Source: Okamejei kenojei
Lineage: Eukaryota
Length of the DNA: 64,000 nucleotides
Direction: 5' to 3'
Assembly (NCBI GenBank): GCA_035221665.1
Contig: CM069148.1
Coordinates: 51,522,001-51,586,000, forward strand
The translations under genes were made by a program, and so were the position numbers. Below are positions 34,807 through 48,370 of this stretch, piece after piece. Each line of letters opens with the position of its first letter. Position 1 is the stretch's first letter. Under the pieces are notes generated by a model. It was given only the letters and a program-made list of their open reading frames with translations, did no database searches and was not told the origin of the DNA.

Positions 34807-36094
34807 GCCAATAATCATGATAGTTTGTAAAACCCATAACAAACAACAGGGGAAAAAATAAAAAGACTGTTGGAATTCTTGAAGATCCCCATTCGTCCCA
34901 GATTTGAAAGTAATTGTATTGTTTGAAGAAAGGTCCCAAACCTATCCATCTTCTCCAGAGATGTTGCCTGGCTTGCTGAGTTACTCCGGCACTTTGCGTC
35001 TTTTTTTTGTAATCTACCAACTGCGGTTCCTTTATTCTCATCGCGACTTCTAAATTACTCCAAATGTCGAAACACAACAGTACGGCTACATGTAAAAAAA
35101 AGCCATTTTTACATAATCCATAAGATGCTGCCTGACCCGCTAAGGTACTCCAGCTCTTTGCATCTTCCTTTTTAGATAAGTCCATATTGAATTAAATGAA
35201 AACAGCTCTATGTCTTTCGGTGTTTGCAGCCGCAGATTTGGAAACAGTTAATCCATTTTAAAGCTTAAAATATCCTTAGGTTGAAAACATAAGTGAACAT
35301 GTCACTGTGGTCATGTAGACGGCAGCCACAGCCCTGCACAATAGGATTAGCACCTGTGTGGAAATCTGTTAGTGAAGTACATGGGTTTAAATTAACCTTG
35401 GCTGCGCTGAAGAATTGTTTCTCAAACCAACCATTTGGCATTAACTCTGCTCCTGCGGAATTAATAGACGATCCAGATGGTGTACACAGCAAGTTATGTG
35501 ACTAATAGTTCGGGAGTAAGTTATTGCCTGAGAACTACATTCCACGCACATGTGGTTTAAAAGGGCAGGTTATAACATCTTCAAAATATAAAATTACACG
35601 GTATCTTTATTATTGCTGAAGTAAATTAGCGGTACAGTGGAGCAGCCTTTAGAACTACTGCCTCACAGCGCCAGAAACTCGAGTTCGTACTTGGGTGATG
35701 TTTGTGTGGAGTTTGCGTTCTCACTGAGACCTCATGGGATTCCTCTGGAGTGCTCCGGTTTCCTCCCACATCCCCAAGACGTGTGGGTGTGTAGGTTAAT
35801 TGGCCCTCTGCAATTTGTTCCTTCAGCTTATTTAGCCAGTCCACCTTAGTCGTGTCCACCCTCATGCCAGCATTTGCAAGACACCTGCACAGGTACATAG
35901 ATAGAAAAGCTTTAGAGGGATAGGGGCCATACATGGGCAGGTGGGACTAGCGTAGATGAGGCATCTTGATACCTATGGATAAATAGGGCCAAAGAACCTG
36001 TTTCCGTGCTGTACGACTATGTTCTATTGCAATTGTCCTCATTTAAGTCGAAGACAGTGGTTTTGGTTCTGTGGTGTCCACCCTCAGATTGCAT

Positions 36095-36420
36095 CTGCAT
36101 TTGTATCATACTGCGGTCACTACCTCCTAGCAGACCTTCAACCACAAGCCCTCTTATTAATCTAATCCTTCCTCATTAGTCTTGACCAAATCTAAAGTCG
36201 CCTGTTCCTGTGCTGGGTCCGTAACAGACTGTTCTATGAAACAATCCCTGATACACTCCACTAATTCCTCTTCCACAGTATCCTTGCCAGTTTAGTTTTT
36301 TCGGTTAACATGCAAATTGAAATCTCCAAGACAATTGAAGTTCTCTGCAAATATGCCTGAGATACTTTCCCAGTGATCCTCTGCCCTATTTTGGCTTGTG
36401 GACCTCTCCTACATCTATAT
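36095..36420 (-). pseudogene. AP-endonuclease fragment of a CR1-type LINE ORF2
   Basis: Minus strand GDFNLH (36327-36310), DCFIEQSVTDPAQEQATLDLV, and LGGSDRSM (decayed SDH motif). Confidence 0.8.
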
Positions 36421-36453
36421 TCTTTCTATTATTCATGACCCATTCTATATTAT

Positions 36454-36630
36454 AGATAGACACGATGGAGTAAATGCTGGAGCGGGACAGGCAGCATCTC
36501 TGGAGAGAAGGAATAGGTGATGTTTCAGGTCGAGACTCTTCTACAGACCTAGAAGCTGCCTGTCCCGCTGTTACTCCAGCATTTTGTGTCTATTTTCGGT
36601 TTAAACCAGCATCTGCAGTTTCTTCCTACA
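36454..36630. mobile_element. PLE terminal-repeat unit with 14-bp TSD (1 mismatch)
   Basis: CCATTCTATATTAT 36440-36453 / CCATTCCATATTAT 36631-36644. Confidence 0.8.
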
Positions 36631-36999
36631 CCATTCCATATTATTTTCTCCTGCCTCCATCTCATGATTCAATACCACTCTGATACGTTCCTCGATTATC
36701 TCAGTGCTTTAGAACCTTCTATAACTTTGAATATTGACCATACGGAATATGAATATTGATCATAGAGTTTTACTGCATAGAAACAAAATCTTTGGCCCCA
36801 TTTGTCCATGCCAGCCAAGATGCTTCAACCAAACTGGTCCCTTTTGCCCAGGTTTGGTCCACATCCCTCTTAACTTTCCCATCCATGCACCCGTCCAAAG
36901 TTTAAAAAAAGATCTTGTTATTGTACCTGTCTCAACTACCTCCTCTGACAGCTGATTAGACATTTGCATTGATCCATATCCATCTTTTTGTGTGAAGAT

Positions 37000-37360
37000 G
37001 TCATTAAGCTGGAAAGGGTGTTGAGACATTTTATGAGGGTGAAAAAAATTATGCAAAGATTTATGAGGATGTTTCCAGAACTGGAGGGCCTGAGCTACAG
37101 GGAGAGGTTGAGCAGACCAGGACTTTATTCCTTGGAGCGCAGGAGGATGATGGGGTGATCTTATAGAGGTGTATAAGATCAAGAGAGGAATAGATAGGGT
37201 GAGTGCACAAAGTCTTTTACCCAGATTAGGGGGATCAAGAACCAGAGGACAGAGGGTTAAGGTGAGAGGGAAAGCTTTTATAGGAGCCTGACAAGCAATT
37301 TTTTTACACAAAGGGTGGATCGAAGGGCCTGTTTCCACACAGTATGACTCTATGGCTCTA
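37000..37360 (+). mobile_element. CR1-type LINE 3' fragment (an opposite-strand tail lies at about 36760-36960)
   Basis: gagggcctgagctacagggagaggttgag..ggggtgatcttatagaggtgtataagatc. Confidence 0.85.
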
Positions 37361-37789
37361 AGTATTTCCCAGTCTCGTATCCAAATGCTCTCTCTCTAAT
37401 TCCACAACATGTTCTCTTTTGTGACCCACCAACAGAGGAATTTATTTGACTGCATCTACTGAAGCTGTCTCATGTTCCAAATACTACAATTAGACCAATC
37501 TTTAAACTATTACATTCATTGCAACACAACCACCTCGTTGAAGCAAACTGTTTTCATTAATCAGCATTGTACCATTTTAATAACATGGTGAAAATCTTCA
37601 AGGAACACAATATTTCACACAAGACTATCTTTCCTCAATTGGTGTGCATAAATTGTGTGGTGTTCTCTCAATTAAATGAGTTCGGTGAAAAAGCGACTGA
37701 TAATTTTCAAAAATATCCAATAGTGGCATAATTGCGCAATCGTTACTGGTGTTGGCAATCCAGGGATCCAGGGTGCTGTCTTTATATGC

Positions 37790-38831
37790 CCAGTTAAATT
37801 CATCTTCTCTGTCTGCTCATGATCATATTCCCTGCATATCCATGTGCCTATCTAAAAGTCTCTCAAATGTCACTAATGTTTCTGCCTCCACCATCATCCC
37901 TGGTATCTGTGTAAAAAAACGCACTCCATGCATCTCCTTTAAAGGTATTCTCTCTCATTTCTAAAGCTCTGCCCACTAGTCTTTGACATTTCCACCCTGT
38001 GAAAAACATTTTGACCATCTACCCTATCTATGCCTCTCAGAAGTTTATGCACTTTATCAGGACTCCCTCAGCCTCCGACGTCCCAGAGAAAACAATCCAA
38101 GTTTGTCCAACCTCTCCTTGTAGCTAATACCCTCTAATCCAGCCATCATTCTGGAAAACCTCCTCTGCACCCTCTCCAAAGCCTCCATATCCTTTCTGTA
38201 ATGGGGCGACCAGAACTGCAGGCAATACTCCAAATGCAGCCTAACGGAAGTCCTATAAAGCTGACTTCCTGACTTCCTGACTTTCCTGTGATAGACTGGG
38301 TTTCTTCTAGGTACTCTGGTTTCCACCCAGATTTCCAATAGTAGTAGATTAATTTGCTACTCTAAATTGCCCTGAGGGTAAGTTCATAGGTTCTAGCAGC
38401 AGAATTAGACCATCAAGTCTACTCCTGGCTTGATGGCTGATCTATCTTTCCTTCTCAACCCCATTCTCCTGACTTCTCCCCATAACCCCTGACACCATTA
38501 CAAATCAAGAATCTGTCAATCTCAGCCTTAAAATTATCCACTGACTTGGCCTCCACGGCCTTCTGTGGCAATGAATTCCACAGATTCACCAACCTCTGAC
38601 TAAAAAAGATTCTCCTCATCTCCTTTCTAAAGGTGCATCCTTTTATTCTGAGGCTGTGACCACTAGTCCTAGACTCTCCTACTAGTGGAAACATCCTCTC
38701 TACTCACACTCTATCCAGGCCTTTCACTATTCGGTAAGTTTCAATGAGGTCCCCCCTCGTCCTTCTAAACTCCAGCGAGTACAGGCCCAGTGCTGTCAAG
38801 CGCTCATCATATGTTAACCCAGTCATTCCTG
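37790..38831 (-). mobile_element. Two CR1-type LINE 3' fragments (about 37790-38280 and 38378-38831)
   Basis: ORFs HLEYCLQFWSPHYRKDMEALERVQRRF and SRTSGHSLRIKG..LWNSLPQKAVEA. Confidence 0.9.
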
Positions 38832-40099
38832 GTGAGTCAGGGTGACGTATGTGAAGGGACAGGAAATTAGGAGCAATAGGAACGCTCAGTTAACTCAGAA
38901 GCAGACATAGTGGGCCAAAGGGCCTGTTCTTGAGCTGTGGTGTATTGTTCTATGTTCTGTGACTCAGTGGGCCAAATGCCCTCATTCTATATCCTCAGAG
39001 AACATACGATGCAATCCGATACAATCCGACACGATACGATAGAACTTTATTTAACCTGGGGGGGGGGGGTGGGATTGGTCTGCCATCAGTCATGAAACAC
39101 AACAAGATACATGAAACATGAAATTAAAATGACGAGTGGAAAGTCCATGGGGGGGGGGGGGGAAGAGTCAGTCTACTACACGATATAAGGTGGGGCAGTT
39201 GTACAATTTCATAGCCACAAGGAAAAAGGATCTCCTGTGGTGTTCTGTGCTGTGCTGAGAACATGTGAGCATAAGACCCATGGATTTTATGCAGATTGTA
39301 AACTAACTTGGTGCAAACTGTTTGCCATAACACTATGATCAGATGAACATCTAGAGCCTAACGGAAAAAAGAGTTTCATGTTAACTTTGGTTGCTATGGT
39401 ATTGTAGAAAATCTGTCAAACAACATATTCACAACAAACTCCCCAAAACTACAAGCTAACAGTGATAAAATAATATGTTTATAGTAATGTGAACAAGGGA
39501 AAAATATTGTTGAGGGCACTAGGGTTAAATCTGTATTTACAGTGTCTTTCCTACATTAGCTTCAATGGAAATTAATGTTAGTTGTATTATTTTCCTTCCT
39601 CCTCATCACTGCGCTTCTTTCAATGTTGGAAATCTCGCCTGAGATTTTTTGGCGTCTCATTATCCTGATACATTTTTTTTTGTTATTAATATGTGCCTTC
39701 TTTTGAGTGAGCAATGAGATTCCAAATATTTGGTCTCTGCTCCAATAAAAATGCAATCTTATTTTGGAATAAGCCTGAAGAATTTTCTGTCGAAAGGCTT
39801 CTTTTTAGGCAGTAAGATTCAATATAGTTTGGTAGGAGCGGTTCACTGGCCGTTAGAAATGGCAACAGACATGCAAAATATTGTAACCAATTTCCAAGCA
39901 AAAAGAATCTCTGTAACTCAGCAATTCAATTGATAACATTGAATGATGGTGCTGGCTAGAAGGGCCGAATGGCCTACTCCTGCACCTATTGTCTGTTGTC
40001 TATTGTCTAATGTTTTTTTTTAAATCCTAATTGCCCTTCAAGCTTTGGTCAAAGTTTGAAAGTTAGATCACTTCAACAATCTGCAATGTCCTGCCAATA

Positions 40100-40340
40100 G
40101 TTTAGTTTTGTTTAGTTTAGAGATACAGCGCGGAAACAAGCCCTTCGGCCTATCGAGTCCGCACCGACCAGCGATCCCCACACTTTAACACTATCCTACA
40201 CACATCTAAGGATAATTTACAATTGTACCAAGCCAATTAACCTACAAACCTGTACATCTTTGGAGTGTGGGAGGAAACGGGAACACCCGGAGAAAAGCCA
40301 CGCTGGTCACGGAGACAACGTACAAACTCCGTACAGACTT
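40100..40340 (-). mobile_element. tRNA-derived SINE (HE1-like), 5'-truncated
   Basis: tagtttagttttgtttagtttagagatacagc tail and family body. Confidence 0.85.
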
Positions 40341-40367
40341 GGGTTTAAGTTCAAACCAAATCAGAAA

Positions 40368-40840
40368 ATGGAACAAGGTAGAGAAGATTTACAAAGATAT
40401 TGCCAGGACTAAAGGCCCTGAGCTATAGGGAGAGGTTGGGCAGGCTAGGACTCTATCACTTGGAGCGCAGGAGGCTGAGGGGTGATCTTATAGAGGTTTA
40501 TAAAATCAAGAGGGCAACAGATAGGGTGCATGCACATAGTCTTTTACCAAGGGTAGGGGAATCAAGACCCAGAGTGCATGGGTGTAAGGTGAGAGGAGAA
40601 AGATTTAATAGGAACCTGAGGGGCAACATTTTCACAGAGGTTAGTGGGCATATGGATCTAGCTGCCAGAGGAGGTGGTTGAGGCAGGCACTATAACAGCA
40701 TTAAAAAATATAGGTACGTGGATAGGAAAAGTCTAGAGGTGTGTGGGCCAAATGAGACTAACTCATTGCATGTGGCACTACATGTTGGTGATCATGGACA
40801 AGTTGGGTGGAAGAGCCTGCATCCCAGCTCTATGACTCAA
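40368..40840 (+). mobile_element. CR1-type LINE 3' end
   Basis: ORF PGLKALSYRERLGRLGLYHLERRRLRGDLIEVYKI. Confidence 0.9.
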
Positions 40841-42967
40841 GGACTCCAAGGCAAATCGTCGCCTGGCTCTACTTTAATGGAACAGTACATTCCTATTTTC
40901 TAATTCAGCATTGAAAGAAAAGAACTCACAAGTGCAAATCAAAACAATCCAAATTTCCGAAGTTGAAATAAGCCAGTATTTGTGTTCTGATCCGTGTCTT
41001 TACCTCTCCTGTCCTAACGTTGACATCTTAAGCTTCTCCTGAAAGATCACATCGTTATTGCACTCAAAAATGCAGGCACCCTTGTGGAAAAGATTTATGT
41101 TAAAAAGTTCTTGTTATCATTGAGGATGAAATATATCACATAAAGTTATATGGCAGCCTTTATAAAAACCATCTGGTGAAATGTATAAGGCAAACCGTAT
41201 TGGAGGAGCAGAGAGCTGCATTTAAATGCAAACCTGACAAATAAATATGCCTTTAAAGCCAATGGAAGTAGTTCTAAATCACAAATTGTTTTTGTCTATA
41301 TCCACTATACCTGCTAATTTTAACTGGAGGGTTTGCTTTGATTAGTAGTAATATTTTTAATATTAAAATTAATATTAGTAGTAATAGTAGTAGTTTTGCT
41401 TTTTTCCCTGCTGTATTGCAAAGGATTGCATTAAGTTCTTCACATTCTGCAATGTCGGGGTTTCTACAGCAGATTTTTTTTAAATTAGCTACAGCGAACT
41501 GCATATTCTTTGTTTATCACTTCAAAGTGGCGTAACTGGTAGAGCCGCAGCTCTCACTGCCAGACACTCGGGTTCGATCCTGACCTCAGGCCCTGCCGTG
41601 AGTGGAGTTTGCACATTCTCCATGTGACCGTGTGGGTTTCCTCCGAGAGCTCCGGTTTCCTCCAACGCCCAAAAGCCGTGCGGGTTTGTAGGCTAATTGG
41701 CCTCTTTAAATTGCCCCTAGTGTGCAGATGCGAAATTGAGATAACATAGAACTAGTGTGAACGGGTGCACGGGTGACGGTTGGCATTGACTTGATGGGCT
41801 GAAGGACGTGTTTCCATGCTGTATCTCCAAACTAAACCTTCGAGCCAGCAGCGCCATTCAATATGTTCATGGCTGATCATCCAAAATCAGCACCCCGTTG
41901 CTGCCTTCTCCCCAGATCCCTTGATTCCCTTTGCCCTAATAGCTAAATCTAACTCTAACTAAATAGTATGAAGGGATGATTGATGGTCGCCGTGGGCTCG
42001 GTGGTCCGAAGGGCCTGTTTCATTCTGTATCTTTCAGTTAATGAATTGAAGGGAGCCTGGAACAGTTTCTGAAGTATAGAATAGGAATGAACTACAGATG
42101 CGGGTTTACACCAAAGATAGACACAAAAAGCTGGAGTAACTCAGTGGGTCAGGTAGCATCTCTGGAGAAAAGGAATCCTAGATGCTGCCTGACTCCCCTG
42201 AGTTACTCCAGCTTTTTGTGTTTATCTTCGGAAGTGTAGTGTTTTGAATGGGAATTTTGACTTATATCCCGCTGTAAAATGAACTCTAACATTACACACG
42301 ACGGGTCTGGTGTGTAAGCATTGTCTATTTATAGACAATTGACACAGTTGCTATTGGTGATCTGGGCACCACCTAAACGAAAACCTACAGGTGACTATTA
42401 GTTGTATTCATTAAGTGGAATAATGACGGATACTTGGCAGCATTGAAATCAGAATTCCCTGAGGTGCAGGTGCCTAGCAAAGTACTGACACATGTCAACT
42501 AGTGTAGGCACTTCACCCATGCATATGAACTGCATTTGCATATTAAAGAGGCCTGAAATTATTTAACTGAACTAAAGTCTTTTCAGAGATGATGGAGGTT
42601 ATTAAAACTGTTGACAAGAAAAGGGTAATTGCCAGAAAATGAGAGATCAGATTCTGTTGTACAGAGAGAATGTTGTTTTCCTTGCATTGTGCTAAACTGG
42701 TGGAGTCGAGCCTATTACATTCAGAATACTCTCTTGCAATTAAAGCTTTTTGTCTTGCATTCAATTAGACGGTGATTATGAGAGATTTGAAAACACTTGA
42801 TGTATGTTCCATTCTCTATTGTGATGCAACTTCAGCATCTCGAGTTTTTTTCCCCTTGCTGTTCCTTGAAAGTTTAAGATTATGATTTTGATTATAATTT
42901 TTATCACAGTGTGGTTCAGTACAGCGTGGCTGCTACTGTTTCCAGATGCCTTTCATATTCATAGAGT

Positions 42968-43255
42968 GGCACAGAGGCATAGTGGTAGAGTTGCAGCCTT
43001 ATAGCGCCAGAGACTGACTACAGGTGCTGTCTGTACGGAGTTTGCACGTTCTTCCCGTCACCACGTGGGTTTTCTCCGAGATCTTCAGTTTTTTCCCACT
43101 CTCTAAAGACGTGCAGACTTGTAGATTAATTGGGATGGTATAAATGTAAGTTGTCCCTAGTGTGTGTAGGATAGTGTTAATGTGCGGGGATCACTGGTCA
43201 GTGCCAGTGGGCAGAAGGGCCTGTTTCCATGTTGTGTCTCTAAACTAAAGGAAAG
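42968..43255 (+). mobile_element. tRNA-derived SINE (HE1-like)
   Basis: ggcacagaggcatagtggtagagttgc..gggcctgtttcc..tctctaaactaaa. Confidence 0.85.
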
Positions 43256-44042
43256 TAAACTAGATTCAACCGCATATCTATTCTCATTGCAGTTCAGGAT
43301 GGTTGACTGCAGGCTTGTAATTGTTTGAATAGGCTGTCTTATAGCACGCAAACAGGCCCTTCGGCCCAACGTGCCCACACTGACCGACATACCCCATCTA
43401 CACTAGTCCTACCTCCCTGCGTTTGTCCCATCTCCCTCTAAACCGATCCTATCCATGTACCTATCCAAATGTTTCTAAAACTTTGTGATAGTACCTACCT
43501 CGACGACCTCCCCCGACAGCTCTTTCAGTGCACCCACCATCATTTGTGCAAAACAATCACCCCTGAGGTTCCTATTAAATTAGGTCAGCACAGTGGCGGA
43601 GCGGTGGAGTTGCTGCCTTACGCTGCTTGCATCGTAACCCAGATTCACCCGAGTTCGATCCCGACCATTGACCATGGCTTGGTATAAATGTAACATTGTC
43701 GTTAGTGTGTGTAGGATAGTGTTAATGTGCGGGGATCGCTGATCGGTGCGGACTCGGTGAGGCGAAGGGCCTGTTTCCGTGCTCTATCTCTAAACCTAAA
43801 AACGAACAAAACTAAATCATCCCCCACCCACCTCACCTTAAACCTATAAACACCTAAAGCCTTTCCAGCTTCTCAACTTATTTTTTGAAATGGCCAAAGA
43901 GAGCTTTAACAAAATTAGGACACAAAGTGCTGGAGTAACCCAGTGAAGAGAAACGAGCTGCGTATTTCACAGATAGTTCTATAATGAGGGTAACTGTGAG
44001 GATAAATGTGAAGGAGGGCAATTGTGGCGGGAATCATCACAC

Positions 44043-44668
44043 TTGAATTGAATACATTTTATTTGCCAAATATGTATACATACAAGGAATTTGCCTTGGT
44101 GCTTTCCTCGCAAGCAATAACACGATATACCGTAGACAATTACAAATAAAACATAATAATTTAAACATGAGAAGAATAAAATAAAATACCAGAGTAAAAA
44201 GAGACTGCAGACATTTGGCTGTTGATTAGAGCTACTGCTCTTGGACAAAAGCTGTTTTTACGTCTGGCTGTGACAGTCCAGAGTCGCCTCCCAGAGGGAA
44301 GTGATTCAAAGAGTTTGTGGCCAGGGTGAGAGGGGTCAGAGATGATCTTACCCACTCGCTTCCTGACCCTTGCAGTGTACAGTTTGGTGATGGTGGGAAG
44401 GTTGCAGCTAACAACCATCTCGGCTGATGGAACAGTGCGCTGCAGACTCCGGATGTCGTGCTTGCCGGCTGAGCCAAACCAGGCCATGATGGAGAAGGTG
44501 AGGACAGACTCAATGATGGCCGTATAAAACTGGACCATCATTACCTGTGGCAGATTGTGTTTTCTCAGCTGCCGCAAGAAGTACATCCTCTGTTGGGCCT
44601 TTTTGACTGTGGTGTCGATGGTGGTCCCCCATTTAAGGTCCCTGGAGATGATAGCTCCAAGGAACCTG
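44043..44668 (-). mobile_element. 5'-truncated Rex1/Babar-clade LINE
   Basis: 174-aa ORF FLGAIISRDLKW..KKAQQRMYFLRQLRK..FYTAIIESVLTFSIMAWFG..DPSHPGHKLFESLPSGRR..KNSFCPRAVALIN; (TTCAA)n tail. Confidence 0.92.
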
Positions 44669-44772
44669 GGGCAACAGCAGAGCACTTGTTAAAGAAAACA
44701 CACAAAGTACTGGAGTAACTCTGTGGGTTAGACAGCATTGCATCTCTGGAGAACATGGATAGGTAATGTTTG

Positions 44773-45045
44773 GGGTTTAGTGTAGTTTAGAGATACAGCA
44801 TGGAAACAGGCCCTTTGGCCACCGAGTTTACGCCGACCAATGATCACCCGTATGCTAGTTCTATCCTACACACTGGGGATAATTTGCAGGTCAATTAACC
44901 TACAAAACTGCACATTTTTGGGATGTGAGAGAAACCCATGCGGCCGCGGGGAGAACGTACAAACTCCATACAGACAGCACCCGTAGTCAGGATCGAACGC
45001 GGGTCTCTGGCGCTGTGAGACAGTAACTGTGCCATCGTGCTGCCC
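44773..45045 (-). mobile_element. tRNA-derived SINE (HE1-like)
   Basis: Family consensus in reverse. Confidence 0.85.
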
Positions 45046-46018
45046 CTGCTGGGTGATCAGATCCTTCACAAAATTAAATTGCATTTGACTTGAACCCTGC
45101 CATAATGTTGGCCTTTAGTTTCAGACCTTTTGTTACATTTAACAAGTATCCGTATTTTGGATAATGGACCAAGCACCAAAACGTTAGATAGAAATAGAAA
45201 AACCTCAGGAAATCAATGAACTGCAGTTGCTGGAATCTTGAACAAAACACAAAGTGCTGGAGGAACTCAGAAGATCAGGCAGCATCTGTGGGGTGAATAG
45301 ATAGGTGACGTTGTGGTTCGGGACTCTTACAGAGTGATAAAGTGTGGAAGCAGGCCCTTCGGCCCGACTTGCACACACCGGCCAAAATGTCCCAACTACA
45401 CCAGTCCCACCTGACTGCGTTTGGCCCATATCCCTCCAAACCTGTCCTATCCATGTACCTGTCTAACTGTTTCTTAAATGTTGGGATATTCCCTGCCTCA
45501 ACTACCATTCTTTGTGCGAAAAGGTAGCCCCTCAGATTCCTATGAAATCTTTTCCCCTTCACCTTAAACCTGGTCCTCAATTCACCTACACTGGGCAAGA
45601 CACTGTGCATCTGTGACTCTTCTGTTAAAAGCCATGGGGTTCATGTATATTGTAAATAACAAAAAGTAAGCTCATCATTAATGTAAAGTTTCTCAAGAAA
45701 GAGTTGCACCACAGTGCCACCTCTTTGAAGTATGAAACAAAAACATAGCTCATTGCAAATAAATTCTGCTGTAGAATTCCCTACATTTCCCAGAACATGA
45801 AGAACTTAATGAAAACCTTTGAAATACAGCAGGGAAAAGAGCAAAACAAGTACATTACTACTAATCACAGCCATTCTTCCAGTTGCAATTAACAGGAGTA
45901 TCGTGGATATAGACAAAAACAGATTGTGTGAAAGTCTTTAACTATTGACAATTTCAACATTGCTTTTTTTGTTTGAAAATTGAAAGTAATTTACTGATAG
46001 GTGATGATGAGAGTTCTA

Positions 46019-46555
46019 AAGGGGCTGTCCCACTTGGGCGACCTAAGCCGCGTTTGCCCTCGACTCATACTCGCAGCATGGTCGACACGAGGTAGAAGGA
46101 GGTCTTTGTAACTCTCCTTCATGCCCGAGAGTAGTCCCTACGTACTCGAGGCCTCAGCTAGGTCACGGCGTATTTTTCAACGTTGAAAAATGCCCGTGAG
46201 TAAAAAAAGGTCGCCATGGAAAAAATCGATACTTTTTTTACTCGTAGGTTTAGTCATTGTAGGTCGTAGTAGGTTTGCACCTTAGTCGCAGGTAATCAAG
46301 GGTAGTTGAAGGTAGTCGAAGATAGTCGTAGATAGTCTTCATCATAGTCGAAGGGAGGTCGAAGGAGGTCGTCTTCACTCTCCACTATTCGGTGTCCAAT
46401 TTTCCCGGAGTTAGTTGAAGCTAGTCTTCAACATTGAAGGAGGTTGAAGGAGGTCTTCTACATAGTCGAAGGAGGTCTTCAACATGACATTTTTTCAAAC
46501 TCTCCTAAGCTCTTCTAAATTTGCCAATTAGGTTGAGCAAGTGGGACAGCCCCTT
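46019..46555. mobile_element. MITE with perfect 18-bp TIRs, TA-flanked
   Basis: AAGGGGCTGTCCCACTTG ... CAAGTGGGACAGCCCCTT; TA at 46017-18 and 46556-57; internal (AGTCGAAGG)-like repeats. Confidence 0.92.
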
Positions 46556-46634
46556 TAAGAAAGCTCTCACAAAACCTACCTGTGAGGGTACACTGCAAGT
46601 GATATGTGCTCAGTTTATCAGCTAAAGTTGACGG

Positions 46635-47168
46635 TGTTTGTCGGCACTGGGCCTGTACTCGCTGGAGTTTAGAAAAATGATGGGGAATCTCATTGAAACC
46701 TACAGAATAGTGAAAGGCTTGGATAGAGTGGATGTGGAGAGGATGTTTCCACTAGTGGGAGAGTCCAGGACTGGAGGTCATAGCCTCAGAATTAAAGGGC
46801 GTTCCTTCAGAAAAGAGATGAGGATGAATTTATTTAGTCAATGGGTGGTGAATCCTCCCATATAAGGGGGGAGAAGGCTGGAACAGGGTACTGATTGTGG
46901 ATGCTGGCTCGAAGGGCCTAATGGCCTACTCCTGCACCTATTGTCTTTTGTCTATTGAATCTGTGGAATTCTTTGTGGAGAGCAAGCCAATGGATATTTT
47001 TACAGTAGAGATAGATAGATTCTTGATTAGTACGCGTGTCAGGGGTTACGGGGAGAAGGCATGAGAATGGGGTTAGGTGGGAGAGATAGATCAGCCATGA
47101 TTGAATGACATAGACTTGAGGGGCCGAATGGCCTGATTTTGCTCCTATCACATGACCTTATGACTATA
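46635..47168 (+). mobile_element. CR1-type LINE 3' end with a nested short CR1 tail (46855-46955)
   Basis: ORF LGLYSLEFRKMMGNLIETYRIVKG. TGAATC duplicated at 46849-54 and 46956-61. Confidence 0.88.
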
Positions 47169-47471
47169 TGATAACGGAATGCTATCAATCCCGTGAAAGT
47201 TTTGCGTGTTTTTGAAATACTTAATTGTTTATTGCTTTGCAACTGTTATTGTAATACATTATTAATAATTGTATTCGTTTGTTACCTTCCCATGAAGGTG
47301 GTGACATAATGAAATATTGAAAAAGTTTATGGGGTCGAAAATTCATATGGCGAAAATATTCTTCCCCACCAACTAATTCAGAGTTAGACCAAACCTGGAC
47401 GTTTGTGCAGTGATAGTCAGTAAGTATAGTAAAATGCTTTAGCAAAGACAATATAACACAGTCCTAATGAA

Positions 47472-47576
47472 GATAGGCACGAAATGCTGGAGCAACTCTG
47501 CGGGACAGGCAGCATCTCTGGAGAGAATGAATGGGTGACGTTTTGGGTCGAGACCCTTCTTCAGACTGACTGAGCT
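47472..47576 (-). mobile_element. PLE terminal-repeat half unit with 13-bp TSD
   Basis: CAGTCCTAATGAA at 47459-47471 and 47577-47589. Confidence 0.88.
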
Positions 47577-47957
47577 CAGTCCTAATGAATACTTAGAGCT
47601 ACCATTCCAACATAATCATCAACGCCAATAAAGTATGATTGGAAGAAAGACTGAATTGTAATAAATGTTTTTATGTCAATGATGTCTAAGTGACACACAG
47701 AAGCATGGGCTCCCTACACCATTGATAGGTTCATGGCCATCAGAAGTTTGGAGTGATTGAAAAGGAAACACATTACAGAAGCTGTAATTCTGAAATAAAA
47801 GCAAAATGCTGGAAGTACGCAGCGTCTGTAGAGAGAGAAAGCAAATAAATGTTTCATCAGATGAGAAATAATCAGCCTGAAATATTGGTTCCTATCCGTC
47901 TCCACAAATGCTGCCTGGCCTGCTGAGTATTTCCAGTATTTTCTACTGTTATGTATT

Positions 47958-48370
47958 TTGAGAAAAGCAGCTAACATCGTGAAAGACGTGTCCCATCCCA
48001 GTCATTCCTCCTTCTCCCCGGTCCTGTCAGGCAGAAGGTGCAGAAGCTTGAAAGTGCGCACCACCAGGCTCAGGAACAGCTTCTTCCCCTCTGTTATCAG
48101 GCTTCTGAACGGCCCTTCCATAAGCTAGGGTACTGTCCGATTCACCTCTACCCCATTGCGGACGTCAGTCTTTGTCTCTGGAACTGATGCATTACAATAC
48201 TTAGAACTATATTCTGCACTCTGTATCTTCCCCTTTGCTCTACCTATTGTATTTGAATTGGACTTAATTGTATCTATGTATAGTATATCTGATCTGTTTG
48301 GATAGCATGCAAAACAAAGCTTCTCATTGTACTTCACTACACGTCATGATGGTAAACCTAAACCTAAATC
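47958..48370 (+). mobile_element. Rex1/Babar-type LINE 3' end
   Basis: aaagcagctaacatcgtgaaagac..caggaacagcttcttcccctctgttatcaggcttctgaac; (AAACCT)n tail. Confidence 0.85.

Noticed and set aside
34637-35185. 182-aa ORF as a novel protein (likewise 36760-37338, 19195-19623, 20441-20911, 56145-56645)
   Set aside because: These are chance read-throughs across SINE, PLE and CR1 fragments or their antisense strands.
46255-46485. CRISPR-like repeat array
   Set aside because: Short degenerate tandem units without unique spacers, inside a MITE in vertebrate DNA, with no cas genes.
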